Shown here: positions 1-8,809 of the stretch, piece by piece | How positions within the stretch are numbered: the stretch's first letter is position 1 | Layout of the letters: the number at the start of each line of letters is the position of its first letter | Assembly: GCF_001457595.1 (NCBI RefSeq) | Contig: NZ_LN831039.1 | Location: 3,780,001-3,812,000, forward strand | Direction: 5' to 3' | Origin: Mycolicibacterium smegmatis | GTDB taxonomy: Bacteria; Actinomycetota; Actinomycetes; Mycobacteriales; Mycobacteriaceae | Length of the DNA stretch: 32,000 bases | Notes under the pieces: model-generated | Database searches by the model: none | What the model saw: the letters and a program-made list of their open reading frames with translations, nothing else | Told to the model about the DNA's origin: nothing | Program-made: the position numbers and the translations under genes

Positions 1-1522
1 CGGAGCCGCCGAGCCGGATGTCGGTGCCGCGGCCTGCCATCTGCGTCGACACGGTGACGGCGCCGAGCTTGCCTGCCTCGGCGATCACCGCGGCCTCTTC
101 CGCGTCGTTCTTGGCGTTGAGCACGACGGCGGGCACCCCGGCCTTCAGGAGCTTCTCGTGCAGTTCCTCGGACTCGGCGACGTCGTGGGTGCCGACCAGC
201 ACGGGCTGCCCGGTCTTGTGCACCTCGGCGATGTGCTCGACGATCGCGTCGATCTTGGCCGCGGCCGTGATGTAGACCCGGTCGGGTTCGTCCTTGCGGA
301 TGTTGGGGGTGTTCGGCGGGATCGGCGAGACACCGAGCTTGTAGAACTGCCTCAGCTGCTCACCGGCCGCGAGCGCCGTGCCGGTCATGCCGCACACGCG
401 CGGGTACCGGTTGATGAGCGCCTGCACCGTGATGGTGTCGAGCACCTCGCCGGTCTCGGTGGTCTCGATGCCCTCCTTGGCCTCCACCGCGGCCTGCAGC
501 CCGTCGGGCCAGCGCTGCAGCGACGCGATGCGCCCGCGCGACGCGTTGATCAGGTGCACGGCGTCGTCGCGCACGATGTAGTGCACGTCGCGCTGCAGCA
601 GCACGTGGGCGTGCAGCGCCACGTTGATCTCGGTGAGCGTGGTGCCCACGTGCTCCTCGGAGTACAGGTCGATGCCGCCGAGCTTGGCCTCCATGACGCG
701 GGCCCCGGCCTCGGTGAGGTGCACGTTGCGGCTCTCGGCGTCGGTGTCGTAGTGCTTGCCCGCCTCGAGCTCGCCGACCATCCGGATGATCTCGACACGC
801 GGCTGTTCGCGGTGGCTGGTGCCCGCCAGCACGAGCGGCACGAGCGCCTCGTCGACCAGCACCGAGTCGGCCTCGTCGATCAGCGCGACGTCCGGGTTCG
901 GCGACACCAGGTCGGCGACGTCGGTGACCAGCTGATCGCGCAGCACGTCGAAGCCGATCTCGTTGACCGACGCATACGTCACGTCGCACTGGTAGGCCTC
1001 GCGGCGCTCGTCGGCCGTGGAGTCGGCCGTGATCCAGCCGACCGTGAGCCCGAGCGCCTTGAGCAGCGGGCCCATCCATTCGGCGTCGCGGCGCGCGAGG
1101 TAGTCGTTGATGGTGATGACGTGGACGCGGCGTCCGCCGAGCGCGTAACCGGCCGCGGCGATCGCACCGGCCAGCGTCTTGCCCTCACCCGTGGCCATCT
1201 CCACGACGTCGCCCGCGAGCATGCGCAGGGCGGCCAGCAGCTGCACGTCGAACGGGCGAAGCCCCGTGGTGCGCTCGGCGGCCTCCCGCGCGATCGCGAG
1301 AAACTGCGTGATGTCCGACGCTCCGGCCAGGTCTTCGAGTTTCAGCAGCTTGGCGGCCTTGGTGAGCTGCTCGTCGTCGAGGTCGGCGGCCTTCTTCTCG
1401 AAGTCGGCCGCACCTTTGACCTCCGACAGCGAGCGGGCCTGATTCCGCTCGATGCTGGCACCCAACAGCTTCCAGAACTTGCTACTCAAGCGCCCCGGTT
1501 TGGCGCTGGACGTCTTCGGCAC
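1..1522 (-). CDS. secA2: Accessory preprotein translocase ATPase SecA2, N-terminal ~507 codons (gene continues past the window start)
   Basis: Not in the ORF track because it has no stop in the window. My translation of the minus strand from GTG at 1520-1522 gives [23 protein letters not shown]...[21 protein letters not shown] (Walker A)...[24 protein letters not shown] (motif II)...[16 protein letters not shown]. The frame stays open to position 2. It is colinear with mycobacterial SecA2 (Rv1821) as I remember it. Confidence 0.93.
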   Translation of the reverse strand, partial: MPKTSSAKPGRLSSKFWKLLGASIERNQARSLSEVKGAADFEKKAADLDDEQLTKAAKLLKLEDLAGASDITQFLAIAREAAERTTGLRPFDVQLLAALRMLAGDVVEMATGEGKTLAGAIAAAGYALGGRRVHVITINDYLARRDAEWMGPLLKALGLTVGWITADSTADERREAYQCDVTYASVNEIGFDVLRDQLVTDVADLVSPNPDVALIDEADSVLVDEALVPLVLAGTSHREQPRVEIIRMVGELEAGKHYDTDAESRNVHLTEAGARVMEAKLGGIDLYSEEHVGTTLTEINVALHAHVLLQRDVHYIVRDDAVHLINASRGRIASLQRWPDGLQAAVEAKEGIETTETGEVLDTITVQALINRYPRVCGMTGTALAAGEQLRQFYKLGVSPIPPNTPNIRKDEPDRVYITAAAKIDAIVEHIAEVHKTGQPVLVGTHDVAESEELHEKLLKAGVPAVVLNAKNDAEEAAVIAEAGKLGAVTVSTQMAGRGTDIRLGGS

Positions 1523-1528
1523 ACGTTT

Positions 1529-1534
1529 ACGGTA
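1529..1534 (-). promoter_or_regulatory. -10-like hexamer TACCGT, 6 nt upstream of the secA2 GTG (leaderless layout)
   Basis: Minus strand reads TACCGT-AAACGT-GTG. It matches the mycobacterial TANNNT -10 consensus at the spacing expected for a leaderless mRNA. No SD-like purine run lies upstream. Confidence 0.3.
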
Positions 1535-1608
1535 CGCGGAGGTTCGCCAGGACTCATTCGCCACGGCGTCAGTTGTGCCTCGGCCACGCCTGACGCAGGA
1601 TCGCGCGG

Positions 1609-1614
1609 TACCTT
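1609..1614 (+). promoter_or_regulatory. -10-like hexamer TACCTT, 6 nt upstream of the ATG of the first ABC gene (leaderless layout)
   Basis: TACCTT-GCCCGC-ATG, with no SD. It lies in the 98-nt divergent gap shared with secA2. Confidence 0.35.
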
Positions 1615-1620
1615 GCCCGC

Positions 1621-3546
1621 ATGGGAATGTTCAGCCCCACTCTCGACTGGAGCAACGAGCTCCTCACATCGCTGATCTGGATCGCCAAGGGCTGGGCGAT
1701 CGCGGCGGTGTGCACGTTGGCGGTCCTCGCACTGCTCGTGCGCTTCACGACGTGGGGCAGGCAGTACTGGCGCATCACCAGCGGATACTTCACCGGCGCC
1801 GACAGCATCAAGGTGTGGGTGTGGCTCGCGGCGCTGTTGCTGTCGGTGATCACGGGTGTGCGCCTTTCGGTGCTGTTCACCTACCAGGGCAACGACATGA
1901 TGACCAGCTTCCAGGTCATCGCAGAAGGCGTCGCGAGCGGCGACGAGGCGGTCCGCACGTCCGGCAAGGACGGCTTCTGGATGTCGCTGACGGTGTTCAC
2001 GATCCTTGCCGCGCTCAACGTCGGCCGCATCATGCTGGACCTGTTCATGGCGCAGCGGTTCATGCTGGCCTGGCGCCAGTGGCTGACCGCGCGGCTCACC
2101 AGCGACTGGCTCGACGGCAAGGCCTACTACCGGTCGCGGTTCATCGACGACACCATCGACAACCCGGATCAACGTATCCAGACCGACATCGACATCTTCA
2201 CCGCAGGTGTCGGCCCGACGCCCAACACGCCGAACAACACCTCGACCGCGACGCTGTTGTTCGGTGCGGTCAACGCGATCGCCTCGATGATTTCGTTCAC
2301 CGCGATTCTGTGGAACCTGTCGGGCAACCTGACCCTGCCGCTGATCGGGGTCGAGCTGCCGCGGGCGATGTTCTTCATCGGCATCCTCTACGTGGTGGTG
2401 GCCACCGTGATCGCGTTCTGGATCGGCCGCCCCATCATCTGGCTGGCGTTCGACAACGAGAAGTTCAACGCCGCGTTCCGTTACGCGCTGGTGCGCATGC
2501 GCGACGCCGCCGAGGCCGTGGCCTTCTACCGCGGCGAGTTCGCCGAACGCACGGGCCTGCGGCGGCTGTTCGCGCCTGTCGTGTCGAACTACAAGCGCTA
2601 CATCAACCGGATGGCCAAGTTCTACGGCTGGAACCTGTCGGTCAGCCAGGCCCAGGAGCTCATCCCCTACATCGTGCAGTTCCCGCGGTTCTTCAACGGC
2701 GAGGTCACCCTGGGTGGGCTGACGCAGACCGCCAGCGCGTTCCGCAATCTCATGGACGGCCTGTCGTTCTTCCGCAACGCCTACGACCAGTTCGCCGGCT
2801 ACCGCGCGGCGATCATCCGTCTGCACGGTCTGGTGGTGGCCAACGAGGAGGCCCGCGCGCTGCCCGAGGTGACCACCACCGCGTGCGTCGACGGCACGGT
2901 CGAACTCAAGGACGTCGAGGTCCGCACACCGGACGGCCGCCAGCTCATCAAGCCGCTCGACATGCGCCTCGAGGTCGGCGACACGCTGGTGATCACCGGC
3001 CCGTCGGGAAGCGGCAAGACCACGCTGCTGCGCAGCCTGGCCGAACTGTGGCCGTTCACCTCCGGCACGCTGACCCGACCGTGCGGCCCCAACGAGACCA
3101 TGTTCCTGTCGCAGATGCCGTACGTGCCGCTGGGCGATCTGCGTGCCGTGGTGACCTACCCGGCACCGGAGGGCTCGGTGAGCGACGAGAAGCTCGCGCA
3201 CACGCTCAACAAGGTCGCGCTGCCACATCTGGTCGAACGCCTCGACGAGGTGCAGGACTGGGCCAAGGTGCTCTCCCCCGGCGAGCAGCAGCGCATCGCG
3301 TTCGCGCGCATCCTGCTCACCAAACCCAAGGTGGTCTTCCTCGACGAGTCCACCTCGGCGCTCGACGAGGGGCTGGAATTCCTGCTGTACCAACTCGTGC
3401 GCACCGAGTTGCCCGACACCATCCTGGTCAGTGTCAGCCACCGCACCACGGTCGAGCAGCATCACACCCACGAACTGCAGCTGCTGGGTGACGGCGACTG
3501 GCGGCTCGGCCGGACGAACGAGAACCCGAAACAGGCGCTGGTCTAG
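1621..3546 (+). CDS. SbmA/BacA-type ABC half-transporter (fused TMD-NBD), Rv1819c-like, copy 1
   Basis: 641-aa ORF with a polytopic N-terminal half. The C-terminal NBD has Walker [11 protein letters not shown]-loop FLSQMPY, signature [13 protein letters not shown], Walker [13 protein letters not shown] and H-loop VSVSHR. It sits divergent from secA2, as I recall for bacA (Rv1819c) in M. tuberculosis. Confidence 0.9.
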   Translation: MGMFSPTLDWSNELLTSLIWIAKGWAIAAVCTLAVLALLVRFTTWGRQYWRITSGYFTGADSIKVWVWLAALLLSVITGVRLSVLFTYQGNDMMTSFQVIAEGVASGDEAVRTSGKDGFWMSLTVFTILAALNVGRIMLDLFMAQRFMLAWRQWLTARLTSDWLDGKAYYRSRFIDDTIDNPDQRIQTDIDIFTAGVGPTPNTPNNTSTATLLFGAVNAIASMISFTAILWNLSGNLTLPLIGVELPRAMFFIGILYVVVATVIAFWIGRPIIWLAFDNEKFNAAFRYALVRMRDAAEAVAFYRGEFAERTGLRRLFAPVVSNYKRYINRMAKFYGWNLSVSQAQELIPYIVQFPRFFNGEVTLGGLTQTASAFRNLMDGLSFFRNAYDQFAGYRAAIIRLHGLVVANEEARALPEVTTTACVDGTVELKDVEVRTPDGRQLIKPLDMRLEVGDTLVITGPSGSGKTTLLRSLAELWPFTSGTLTRPCGPNETMFLSQMPYVPLGDLRAVVTYPAPEGSVSDEKLAHTLNKVALPHLVERLDEVQDWAKVLSPGEQQRIAFARILLTKPKVVFLDESTSALDEGLEFLLYQLVRTELPDTILVSVSHRTTVEQHHTHELQLLGDGDWRLGRTNENPKQALV

Positions 3547-3547
3547 G

Positions 3548-3553
3548 TAATCT
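3548..3553 (+). promoter_or_regulatory. -10-like hexamer TAATCT, 6 nt upstream of the ATG of the second ABC gene
   Basis: TAATCT-CCCGCC-ATG lies inside the 13-nt gap between the paralogs. It lines up with TACCTT-GCCCGC-ATG in front of copy 1. No SD is present. Confidence 0.3.
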
Positions 3554-3559
3554 CCCGCC

Positions 3560-5500
3560 ATGGAGATGTTCACCCAGTCGCTCGACTGGGGCAACGAGAT
3601 CCTGGCGTCGTTGATCTGGGTCGCAAAGGGGTGGGCGATCAGCGCCGCGGTGCTGATCGTCGTGCTCACGCTGATCGCGCGGTTCACCACCTGGGGCAGG
3701 CAGTTCTGGCGCGTCACCGGAGGCTATTTCGTTGGGCGCGAGAGCATCCCGGTGTGGACGCTGCTGGGCGTGCTGCTGCTGTCGGTCATGGTGTCGGTGC
3801 GCATGGACGTGTTGTTCAGCTACTACGCCAACGATCAGGCGACCGCGCTGCAGGTGGCCTTCACCGGCGCGGGCGCAGGCGACGACGCGGTGCGCGACTC
3901 CGGGATCGCCGGGTTCTGGAAGTCGATCCTGATCTTCGGCCTGCTCGTCGCGGCCGACATCACCCGCACGCTGCTCGACCTGTATCTCATGCAGTACTTC
4001 ATCATTCGCTGGCGCGTGTGGCTCACCGACCGCCTGACCGGCGACTGGCTCGACGATCGGGCGTACTACCGCGGCAGGTTCATCGACGCGTTCGGCGGTG
4101 AGCCCGTCGACAACCCCGATCAGCGCATCCAGCAGGACATCGACATCTTCACCACCGGCACCGGACCCGAGACCAACACGCCCACGGTCGCCACGTCACA
4201 GACCCTGCTGTTCGGTTCGGTGTACTCGATCATCTCGGTGGTGGCGTTCACACCGATCCTGTGGAATCTCGCGGGGCCGTTGACGATTCTCGGTGTCACG
4301 GTCCCCAAGGCCCTGTTCTGGATCGCCCTGCTCTGGGTGGCGGTCACCACGGTCATCGCGATCTGGATCGGCAGGCCGATCATCCGCCTGACGTTCCGCA
4401 ACGAGTTGACCAACGCCGCGTTCCGGTACGCGCTCGTGCGGATCCGCGATGCCGCCGAGGCCGTCGGCTTCTACCGCGGCGAGCGCAGCGAACGCGCCAC
4501 GCTCGCAGACCGGTTCGCCCGCATCATCGCGAACTACCGCAGGCTCGTGCTGCGCGGCGTGGCTTTCCTCGGCTGGAACCGCTCGATCAGCCAGATCATC
4601 GAACCGCTCCCGTTGATCGTGCAGGCGCCCCGGTTGTTCGCAGGCGAGCTGCAACTCGGCGACGTCACGCAGTCGTCGAGCGCGTTCGCCAGGGTGCAGA
4701 GTTCACTGAGCTTCTTCCGCGCCGTGTACGACGCGTTCGCGGGCTACCGCGCGGCGATCATCCGCCTCGACGGGCTGGTGGCCGCCAACGAACAGGCAAG
4801 GGCGCTACCGCGTCTGGCGACCGGGCGAAGTACCGACGGTGGTGTCGAACTCGAAGACGTCGAGGTGCGCTCACCGTCTGGCGAGGTGCTGCTGGCAGAC
4901 CTGGACATGCGGCTTGCGCCAGGTGACTGGCTGGTGGTCACGGGACCGTCGGGCACCGGGAAGACGACCATGCTGCGCAGCCTCGCGCAGCTGTGGCCGT
5001 ACAGCGCCGGGACCGCGCGCTTCCCGGGCGACAAGCCCGGTGAGCAGACCGGCGAGCAGTACAGCGTGATGTTCCTGTCGCAGCTGCCCTATGCCCCACT
5101 CGGGGATCTGCGCAGCGTCGTGTGTTATCCGTCGCCGCCGGATGCCTACGACGACACCAGGATCCGCGCGGCGCTCGACGCGGTGACACTGGGTCATCTG
5201 GCCACGCAGCTGGACACCGTCGCGGACTGGGCGAAGGTGCTCTCGCCCGGCGAGCAGCAGCGCATCGCGTTCGCGCGGTTACTGCTCGCGCGGCCGTGCG
5301 CGGTGTTCCTCGACGAGGCCACCTCGGCACTGGACGCCGGACAGGAGTTCGCGCTGTATTCGACGCTGCGCCATGAACTTCCGGAGACCATCGTGGTGTC
5401 GGTGAGCCACCGTGACAGTGTCAACCGGCATCACGACCGGCAGTTGGCACTGCTCGGCGACGGGCGGTGGGAGCTCACCGCCGTCGCCGAGCGGCCCTGA
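3560..5500 (+). CDS. SbmA/BacA-type ABC half-transporter (fused TMD-NBD), Rv1819c-like, copy 2
   Basis: 646-aa ORF colinear with copy 1 (MEMFTQSLDWGNEILASLIWVAKGWAI vs [27 protein letters not shown]). It has Walker A GPSGTGKTT, signature [13 protein letters not shown], Walker B AVFLDEATSALD and H-loop VSVSHR. A short insertion (RFPGDKPGEQTGEQYS) follows Walker A. Confidence 0.9.
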   Translation: MEMFTQSLDWGNEILASLIWVAKGWAISAAVLIVVLTLIARFTTWGRQFWRVTGGYFVGRESIPVWTLLGVLLLSVMVSVRMDVLFSYYANDQATALQVAFTGAGAGDDAVRDSGIAGFWKSILIFGLLVAADITRTLLDLYLMQYFIIRWRVWLTDRLTGDWLDDRAYYRGRFIDAFGGEPVDNPDQRIQQDIDIFTTGTGPETNTPTVATSQTLLFGSVYSIISVVAFTPILWNLAGPLTILGVTVPKALFWIALLWVAVTTVIAIWIGRPIIRLTFRNELTNAAFRYALVRIRDAAEAVGFYRGERSERATLADRFARIIANYRRLVLRGVAFLGWNRSISQIIEPLPLIVQAPRLFAGELQLGDVTQSSSAFARVQSSLSFFRAVYDAFAGYRAAIIRLDGLVAANEQARALPRLATGRSTDGGVELEDVEVRSPSGEVLLADLDMRLAPGDWLVVTGPSGTGKTTMLRSLAQLWPYSAGTARFPGDKPGEQTGEQYSVMFLSQLPYAPLGDLRSVVCYPSPPDAYDDTRIRAALDAVTLGHLATQLDTVADWAKVLSPGEQQRIAFARLLLARPCAVFLDEATSALDAGQEFALYSTLRHELPETIVVSVSHRDSVNRHHDRQLALLGDGRWELTAVAERP

Positions 5501-5513
5501 GAGACGGCGCCGG

Positions 5514-7013
5514 TCAGCCGACGCGCACGCGCGACGCCGCGTGGGCACCGGCGCGCCTGCCGAAGAACGATCCCTCCCCGAGCTGGGTGCCGCTGGCGTA
5601 CCCCTTGCCGTCCTGGGCGATGTTGGACGCGCACGCGCCCGCGGCGTACAGACCGGGGATGGCGCTGCCGTCCTCGCGCAGCACCTCGCCGTCGATCGAC
5701 ACGGTCAGCCCGCCCATGGTGAACCCGGAGTACATCGCGCGTCCGAGCGACAGGTCGAACGCGGCCCACGGCCCGGAGTCCTGCGGTGCGACGTAGGCGG
5801 GGTCCTTGTGGAAGTCCGGATCCTCACCGCGCCTGGCGTTCTCGTTGTAGCGCTGCAGCGTCGCGGTCAGGTTTTCCACCGGGATGCCGAGGGCCGTGGC
5901 CATCTCCTCGACGGTCTCGTAGCCGTCGATGAACTTGATCAGCGGCATGGCGGGCATTTCCATGTGTGCCTCGTCGACGATCAGATAGGCCTCCTGATCG
6001 GGTTGTTCGAGTACGAACGCCGAGGTGCGGGAATGATAGGAATCCTCGGCGACGAACCGTTCACCACGGTTGTTGACGATGATCCCGGTCAGCAGGATCT
6101 CGGGCGGGTAGGCGGCCGCGGTGATGAACAACTGGTCCATGTCCCTGGCCACCCCGCCGGCCGAGACACCGAGGCGGATGCCCAGGCCGTCGTCGTTGGG
6201 ATTGCCCAGGATGTAGGGCTCGACCTCACCGTGGTGCTTGGTCTTGCGTTTGGCGCCCAGAGCGGGCGTGTACTGCGCGACCATCTCGGGGTTCATCGCG
6301 AAACCACCCGCGGCGATGATCACCGATCTGGCTTTGACACAACCGGTTTCGCCGAAGTGCTTCCACTTCACCCCCGCCACGGCACCGTCGTCGACCACGA
6401 GGTTGGTCACGCCGTGCTCGTAGCGGATCTCGACGCCGAGTTCCTCGGCGCGCTTGAGCAGCAGGTCGATCACCATCGCGGCACCGCCGAGTTCGCCGGG
6501 CACCGGAACCGAGTGGCCGCGCGGGGCGGGCCTGGCCTGTTCGCGGTACGGCCACACCTTCTCGTTGCCGGTGTAGGACAGGCCCTCGGTGCCGGGCGGC
6601 ACCACGACCTTGCCGGGGTAGTAGGTGCGCTCGAACTCGAATCCGAGGGCTTCGAGCCAGTTGAAGTGTTCGACGCTGCCGTCGCAGTACGCGCGGATCT
6701 TGGCGTGGTCGGGATCCTTGGCGACCGCGACGAGGTACTTGTACATCTCGTCGGGGGTGTCGTCGTGTCCCGTTGCCCGCTGCACCGTGGTGCCGCCACC
6801 GAGGTAGAAGTGGCCGCCGGCCATCGCGCTGGTACCGCCGGCTGCTGCCGCGCGTTCCAGGACCAGGACCCGCGCGCCCGCGGCAGCGGCGCTGACCGCA
6901 GCACAACCGCCTGCGATGCCGAAGCCGATCACCACGACATCGACTTCGTCGGCCGCCTCGTCACGCCAGGCCTCGACATCGACGGCGTTGACAACGTCGG
7001 GGATCTCGTTCAC
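5514..7013 (-). CDS. FAD-dependent oxidoreductase, FAD_binding_2 / 3-ketosteroid-delta1-dehydrogenase- and fumarate-reductase-flavoprotein-like
   Basis: 499-aa ORF with the N-terminal dinucleotide fold VVVIGFGIAGGCAAVSAAAAGARVLVLER and the C-terminal GLYAAGACAS motif typical of this family. Its ATG overlaps the upstream VOC stop codon (ATGA). Confidence 0.85.
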   Translation of the reverse strand: MNEIPDVVNAVDVEAWRDEAADEVDVVVIGFGIAGGCAAVSAAAAGARVLVLERAAAAGGTSAMAGGHFYLGGGTTVQRATGHDDTPDEMYKYLVAVAKDPDHAKIRAYCDGSVEHFNWLEALGFEFERTYYPGKVVVPPGTEGLSYTGNEKVWPYREQARPAPRGHSVPVPGELGGAAMVIDLLLKRAEELGVEIRYEHGVTNLVVDDGAVAGVKWKHFGETGCVKARSVIIAAGGFAMNPEMVAQYTPALGAKRKTKHHGEVEPYILGNPNDDGLGIRLGVSAGGVARDMDQLFITAAAYPPEILLTGIIVNNRGERFVAEDSYHSRTSAFVLEQPDQEAYLIVDEAHMEMPAMPLIKFIDGYETVEEMATALGIPVENLTATLQRYNENARRGEDPDFHKDPAYVAPQDSGPWAAFDLSLGRAMYSGFTMGGLTVSIDGEVLREDGSAIPGLYAAGACASNIAQDGKGYASGTQLGEGSFFGRRAGAHAASRVRVG

Positions 7014-7504
7014 TGTTGCTCCTGTTTCACATAATCGAAGAACGCCCGGATCTCGGGCGGGAAGTAAGCGATTTCCTGATACGGCACACCGGCGTCCGCG
7101 GCCGACAGGTACGCGAAGCGCATACCGCCGGCCAACTCACCGTGGCACACCGCGGGGGTGCCGTCGCGGGCGGCGGCGCGCAGCCGCTCGTCGAACGCCT
7201 CGGTGTCGGGCATCTCGAGGCACACGTGGTGCAGGCCCGGGCCGCAGCGGTCCAGGAACTCGGTGTACACGCTCTCACCGTCCACCGGTGCGATGACCTC
7301 GAGCTGGATGTCACCTGCGTAGCTCAGCGCGACGTCGGCGGTGAAGTCCGCGGGGCGGCCGCGGTGCGTGCATGTGTCCGGGCCGAAGCGGACCGCGGGC
7401 ATGCGGATCCAGCGGCGCGCCCCCAGCAGCGTGGTCAGCGCCTGCTCGGTGCGGTCCAGGTCGCGGGTCACCCAGGCGATCTGGACAGGTGTCTGATTCG
7501 GCAC
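7010..7504 (-). CDS. VOC (glyoxalase/bleomycin-resistance/extradiol-dioxygenase) family protein
   Basis: This is the C-terminal 164 codons of track ORF 7010..7687. The longer version would overlap the TetR gene. GTG at 7502-7504 gives VPNQTPVQIAWVTRDLDRTE...GPGLHHVCLEM..., which is VOC-like. It is preceded by TATCCT-N6. Confidence 0.75.
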   Translation of the reverse strand: MPNQTPVQIAWVTRDLDRTEQALTTLLGARRWIRMPAVRFGPDTCTHRGRPADFTADVALSYAGDIQLEVIAPVDGESVYTEFLDRCGPGLHHVCLEMPDTEAFDERLRAAARDGTPAVCHGELAGGMRFAYLSAADAGVPYQEIAYFPPEIRAFFDYVKQEQQ

Positions 7505-7510
7505 GCCATG

Positions 7511-7516
7511 AGGATA
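7511..7516 (-). promoter_or_regulatory. -10-like hexamer TATCCT, 6 nt upstream of the VOC GTG
   Basis: Minus strand reads TATCCT-CATGGC-GTG, inside the 44-nt gap after the TetR stop. Confidence 0.3.
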
Positions 7517-7548
7517 TCCCCGTACCGACGCGAAGGCTAGAACGTGTT

Positions 7549-8232
7549 CTAGTTTGTGAGCGCGCCGGTGAGTGAATCGATCTGGAGGTCGAACAACTGG
7601 CGCGGGTCGGTGAGGGTGTCGGCGCCGTACTGACCGAACACCTCGAGGCTCACCGCCCCGATCAACCCGGCCCACAGCGCGAAGCACCTGGCCATGGTGG
7701 CGTCGTCGACGTGGAGCCTGAACTCGGCCCGCAACCGGGCGAAGTCGCCCGAAAGCGGTTGCGCGACGGTCTCTTCGGTCGCCGGTATGTCCCCTTCGGC
7801 AATACCCCTGGCCACCGCGGCGAACAGCGCGACCACCACCCGCGTACCGGGCACCACGGTGCGCTCGGCCGGGGCGTGGTAACCGGGCACCGGGCTTCCG
7901 TAGAGCAGCGCCCAGCGCGCGGGCTGATCCAGTGCCCAGTTCCGGGTTGCGTGCGCGATCGCGCGGATCTGCGATCGCCAGCGGGCCCCGCCGACGTCGG
8001 CGACCGCGGCCGCCACGGCGTCGGCGAGTTCGGTGTAGGCGTCCACCACGAGCAGGGTGAGCAACTCGTCGCGACTGGCGACGTACCGGTAGACGGCCGA
8101 CGACACCATCCCGAGGTCGCGGGCGACGGCCCGCAGCGAAAGCCCTGCCGCCCCCTCGGTCGCGAGGTGCCGCCTGCCGATCTCGACGATCGCCGCCTCG
8201 ATGCGTTCCCGGCTCTCCTGACGCTTGCCCAC
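7549..8232 (-). CDS. TetR/AcrR family transcriptional regulator
   Basis: 227-aa ORF with the N-terminal HTH LSLRAVARDLGMVSSAVYRYVASRDELL, typical of TetR_N, and a helical C-terminal ligand domain. Confidence 0.9.
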   Translation of the reverse strand: MGKRQESRERIEAAIVEIGRRHLATEGAAGLSLRAVARDLGMVSSAVYRYVASRDELLTLLVVDAYTELADAVAAAVADVGGARWRSQIRAIAHATRNWALDQPARWALLYGSPVPGYHAPAERTVVPGTRVVVALFAAVARGIAEGDIPATEETVAQPLSGDFARLRAEFRLHVDDATMARCFALWAGLIGAVSLEVFGQYGADTLTDPRQLFDLQIDSLTGALTN

Positions 8233-8241
8233 GCGGTCAGT

Positions 8242-8308
8242 GTGCCAGAAACGAGATCACCGCTCTTGAATTTCCCGGGGCCCCGTGCCACCATCAAAAC
8301 GAGAGCAC
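8242..8308. promoter_or_regulatory. Imperfect direct repeat GTGCCA-N(1/6)-AAACGAGA-N-CAC (two copies) in the TetR / Ddn-like divergent intergenic region; candidate operator
   Basis: AAACGAGATCAC at 8249-8260 and AAACGAGAGCAC at 8297-8308 match at 11 of 12 positions. Each copy is preceded by GTGCCA (8242-8247 and 8285-8290). GATCAC recurs at 8255 and 8311. Confidence 0.3.
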
Positions 8309-8346
8309 TGATCACATTTGTGGATATTCACGAAGGGACATCCCGC

Positions 8347-8790
8347 ATGACCAGGTATGACGAACCCGGCCCAGTGGCCCGCGCAGCCAATACGCTCATC
8401 CGTTGGCTGGCCGAACACGGCGTGAGCATCGCGGGTTCGACCGCGCTGCGGGTGCGTGGCAGGCGCAGCGGCAAGTTCCGCAGCGTGGTGGTCAACCTGA
8501 TGACGGTCGACGGTCACCGGTACGTGGTCGCACCGCGCGGCGAGACCGAATGGGTCCGCAACGCCAGGGCCGCGGGTGTCGTGGAGATCGGACCGCGCCG
8601 GCGCCGCCGCACGGCACAGATCGCCGAGATCGCCGATGACGCGAAACCCACACTGCTGAAGCGCTATCTCGACCGGTGGTACTGGGAGGTCAAGGGGCAC
8701 ATGGCCGATCTGACGCCGAAGTCGTCGGCCGAGCAGTTGCGCGCGGCGGCACCGCACATCCCGGTGTTCGCACTCGTCGAGACGAGCTGA
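8347..8790 (+). CDS. Deazaflavin (F420)-dependent nitroreductase-family protein (Ddn / DUF385-like)
   Basis: Starts at an internal ATG of track ORF 7711..8790, preceded by GAAGGGA. The 147-aa product contains LRVRGRRSGKFRSVVVNLMTVDGHRYVVAPRGETEWVRNARAAG, the pattern of the split-barrel F420H2-dependent reductase family. Confidence 0.65.
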   Translation: MTRYDEPGPVARAANTLIRWLAEHGVSIAGSTALRVRGRRSGKFRSVVVNLMTVDGHRYVVAPRGETEWVRNARAAGVVEIGPRRRRRTAQIAEIADDAKPTLLKRYLDRWYWEVKGHMADLTPKSSAEQLRAAAPHIPVFALVETS

Positions 8791-8809
8791 CCGAGATCAC
8801 CGACTTCGG

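Noticed and set aside
1523-1620. Possible cobalamin riboswitch upstream of the BacA-type (B12-importing family) transporter
   Set aside because: The gap is only 98 nt and is shared with the divergent secA2 start. That is too short for a cobalamin riboswitch, and I saw no B12-box-like sequence.
158-1675. 505-aa plus-strand ORF, together with the minus-strand ORFs 360..1079, 550..798 and 979..1188
   Set aside because: These are shadow frames of secA2. They have Arg/Gly/Val/Asp- or Arg/Ala/Pro-rich junk composition, whereas the third minus-strand frame gives a clean, motif-bearing SecA2 sequence across the whole interval.
1452-3717. 679-aa plus-strand ORF (1452..3491) and 743-aa minus-strand ORF (1486..3717) overlapping the first ABC gene
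   Set aside because: Both have Arg/Pro/Gly/His-rich low-complexity composition and no motifs. The 1621..3546 frame carries the full ABC transporter motif set. Long alternative ORFs are expected in roughly two-thirds G+C DNA.
5412-7034. 540-aa plus-strand ORF antisense to the FAD dehydrogenase
   Set aside because: Its composition is typical of an antisense shadow (G/V/D/R/H-rich). The minus-strand frame has the FAD-binding fold and normal composition.
7505-7687. N-terminal 61-codon extension of the VOC ORF (track start 7687)
   Set aside because: It would overlap the 3' end of the TetR gene by about 140 nt and is Arg/Pro/His-rich. An internal GTG at 7504 has a -10-like hexamer at leaderless spacing and begins a normal VOC N-terminus.
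7711-8346. N-terminal 212-codon extension of the Ddn-like ORF (track ORF 7711..8790)
   Set aside because: It is antisense to the TetR gene and has junk composition. The ATG at 8347 has a good SD (GAAGGGA).
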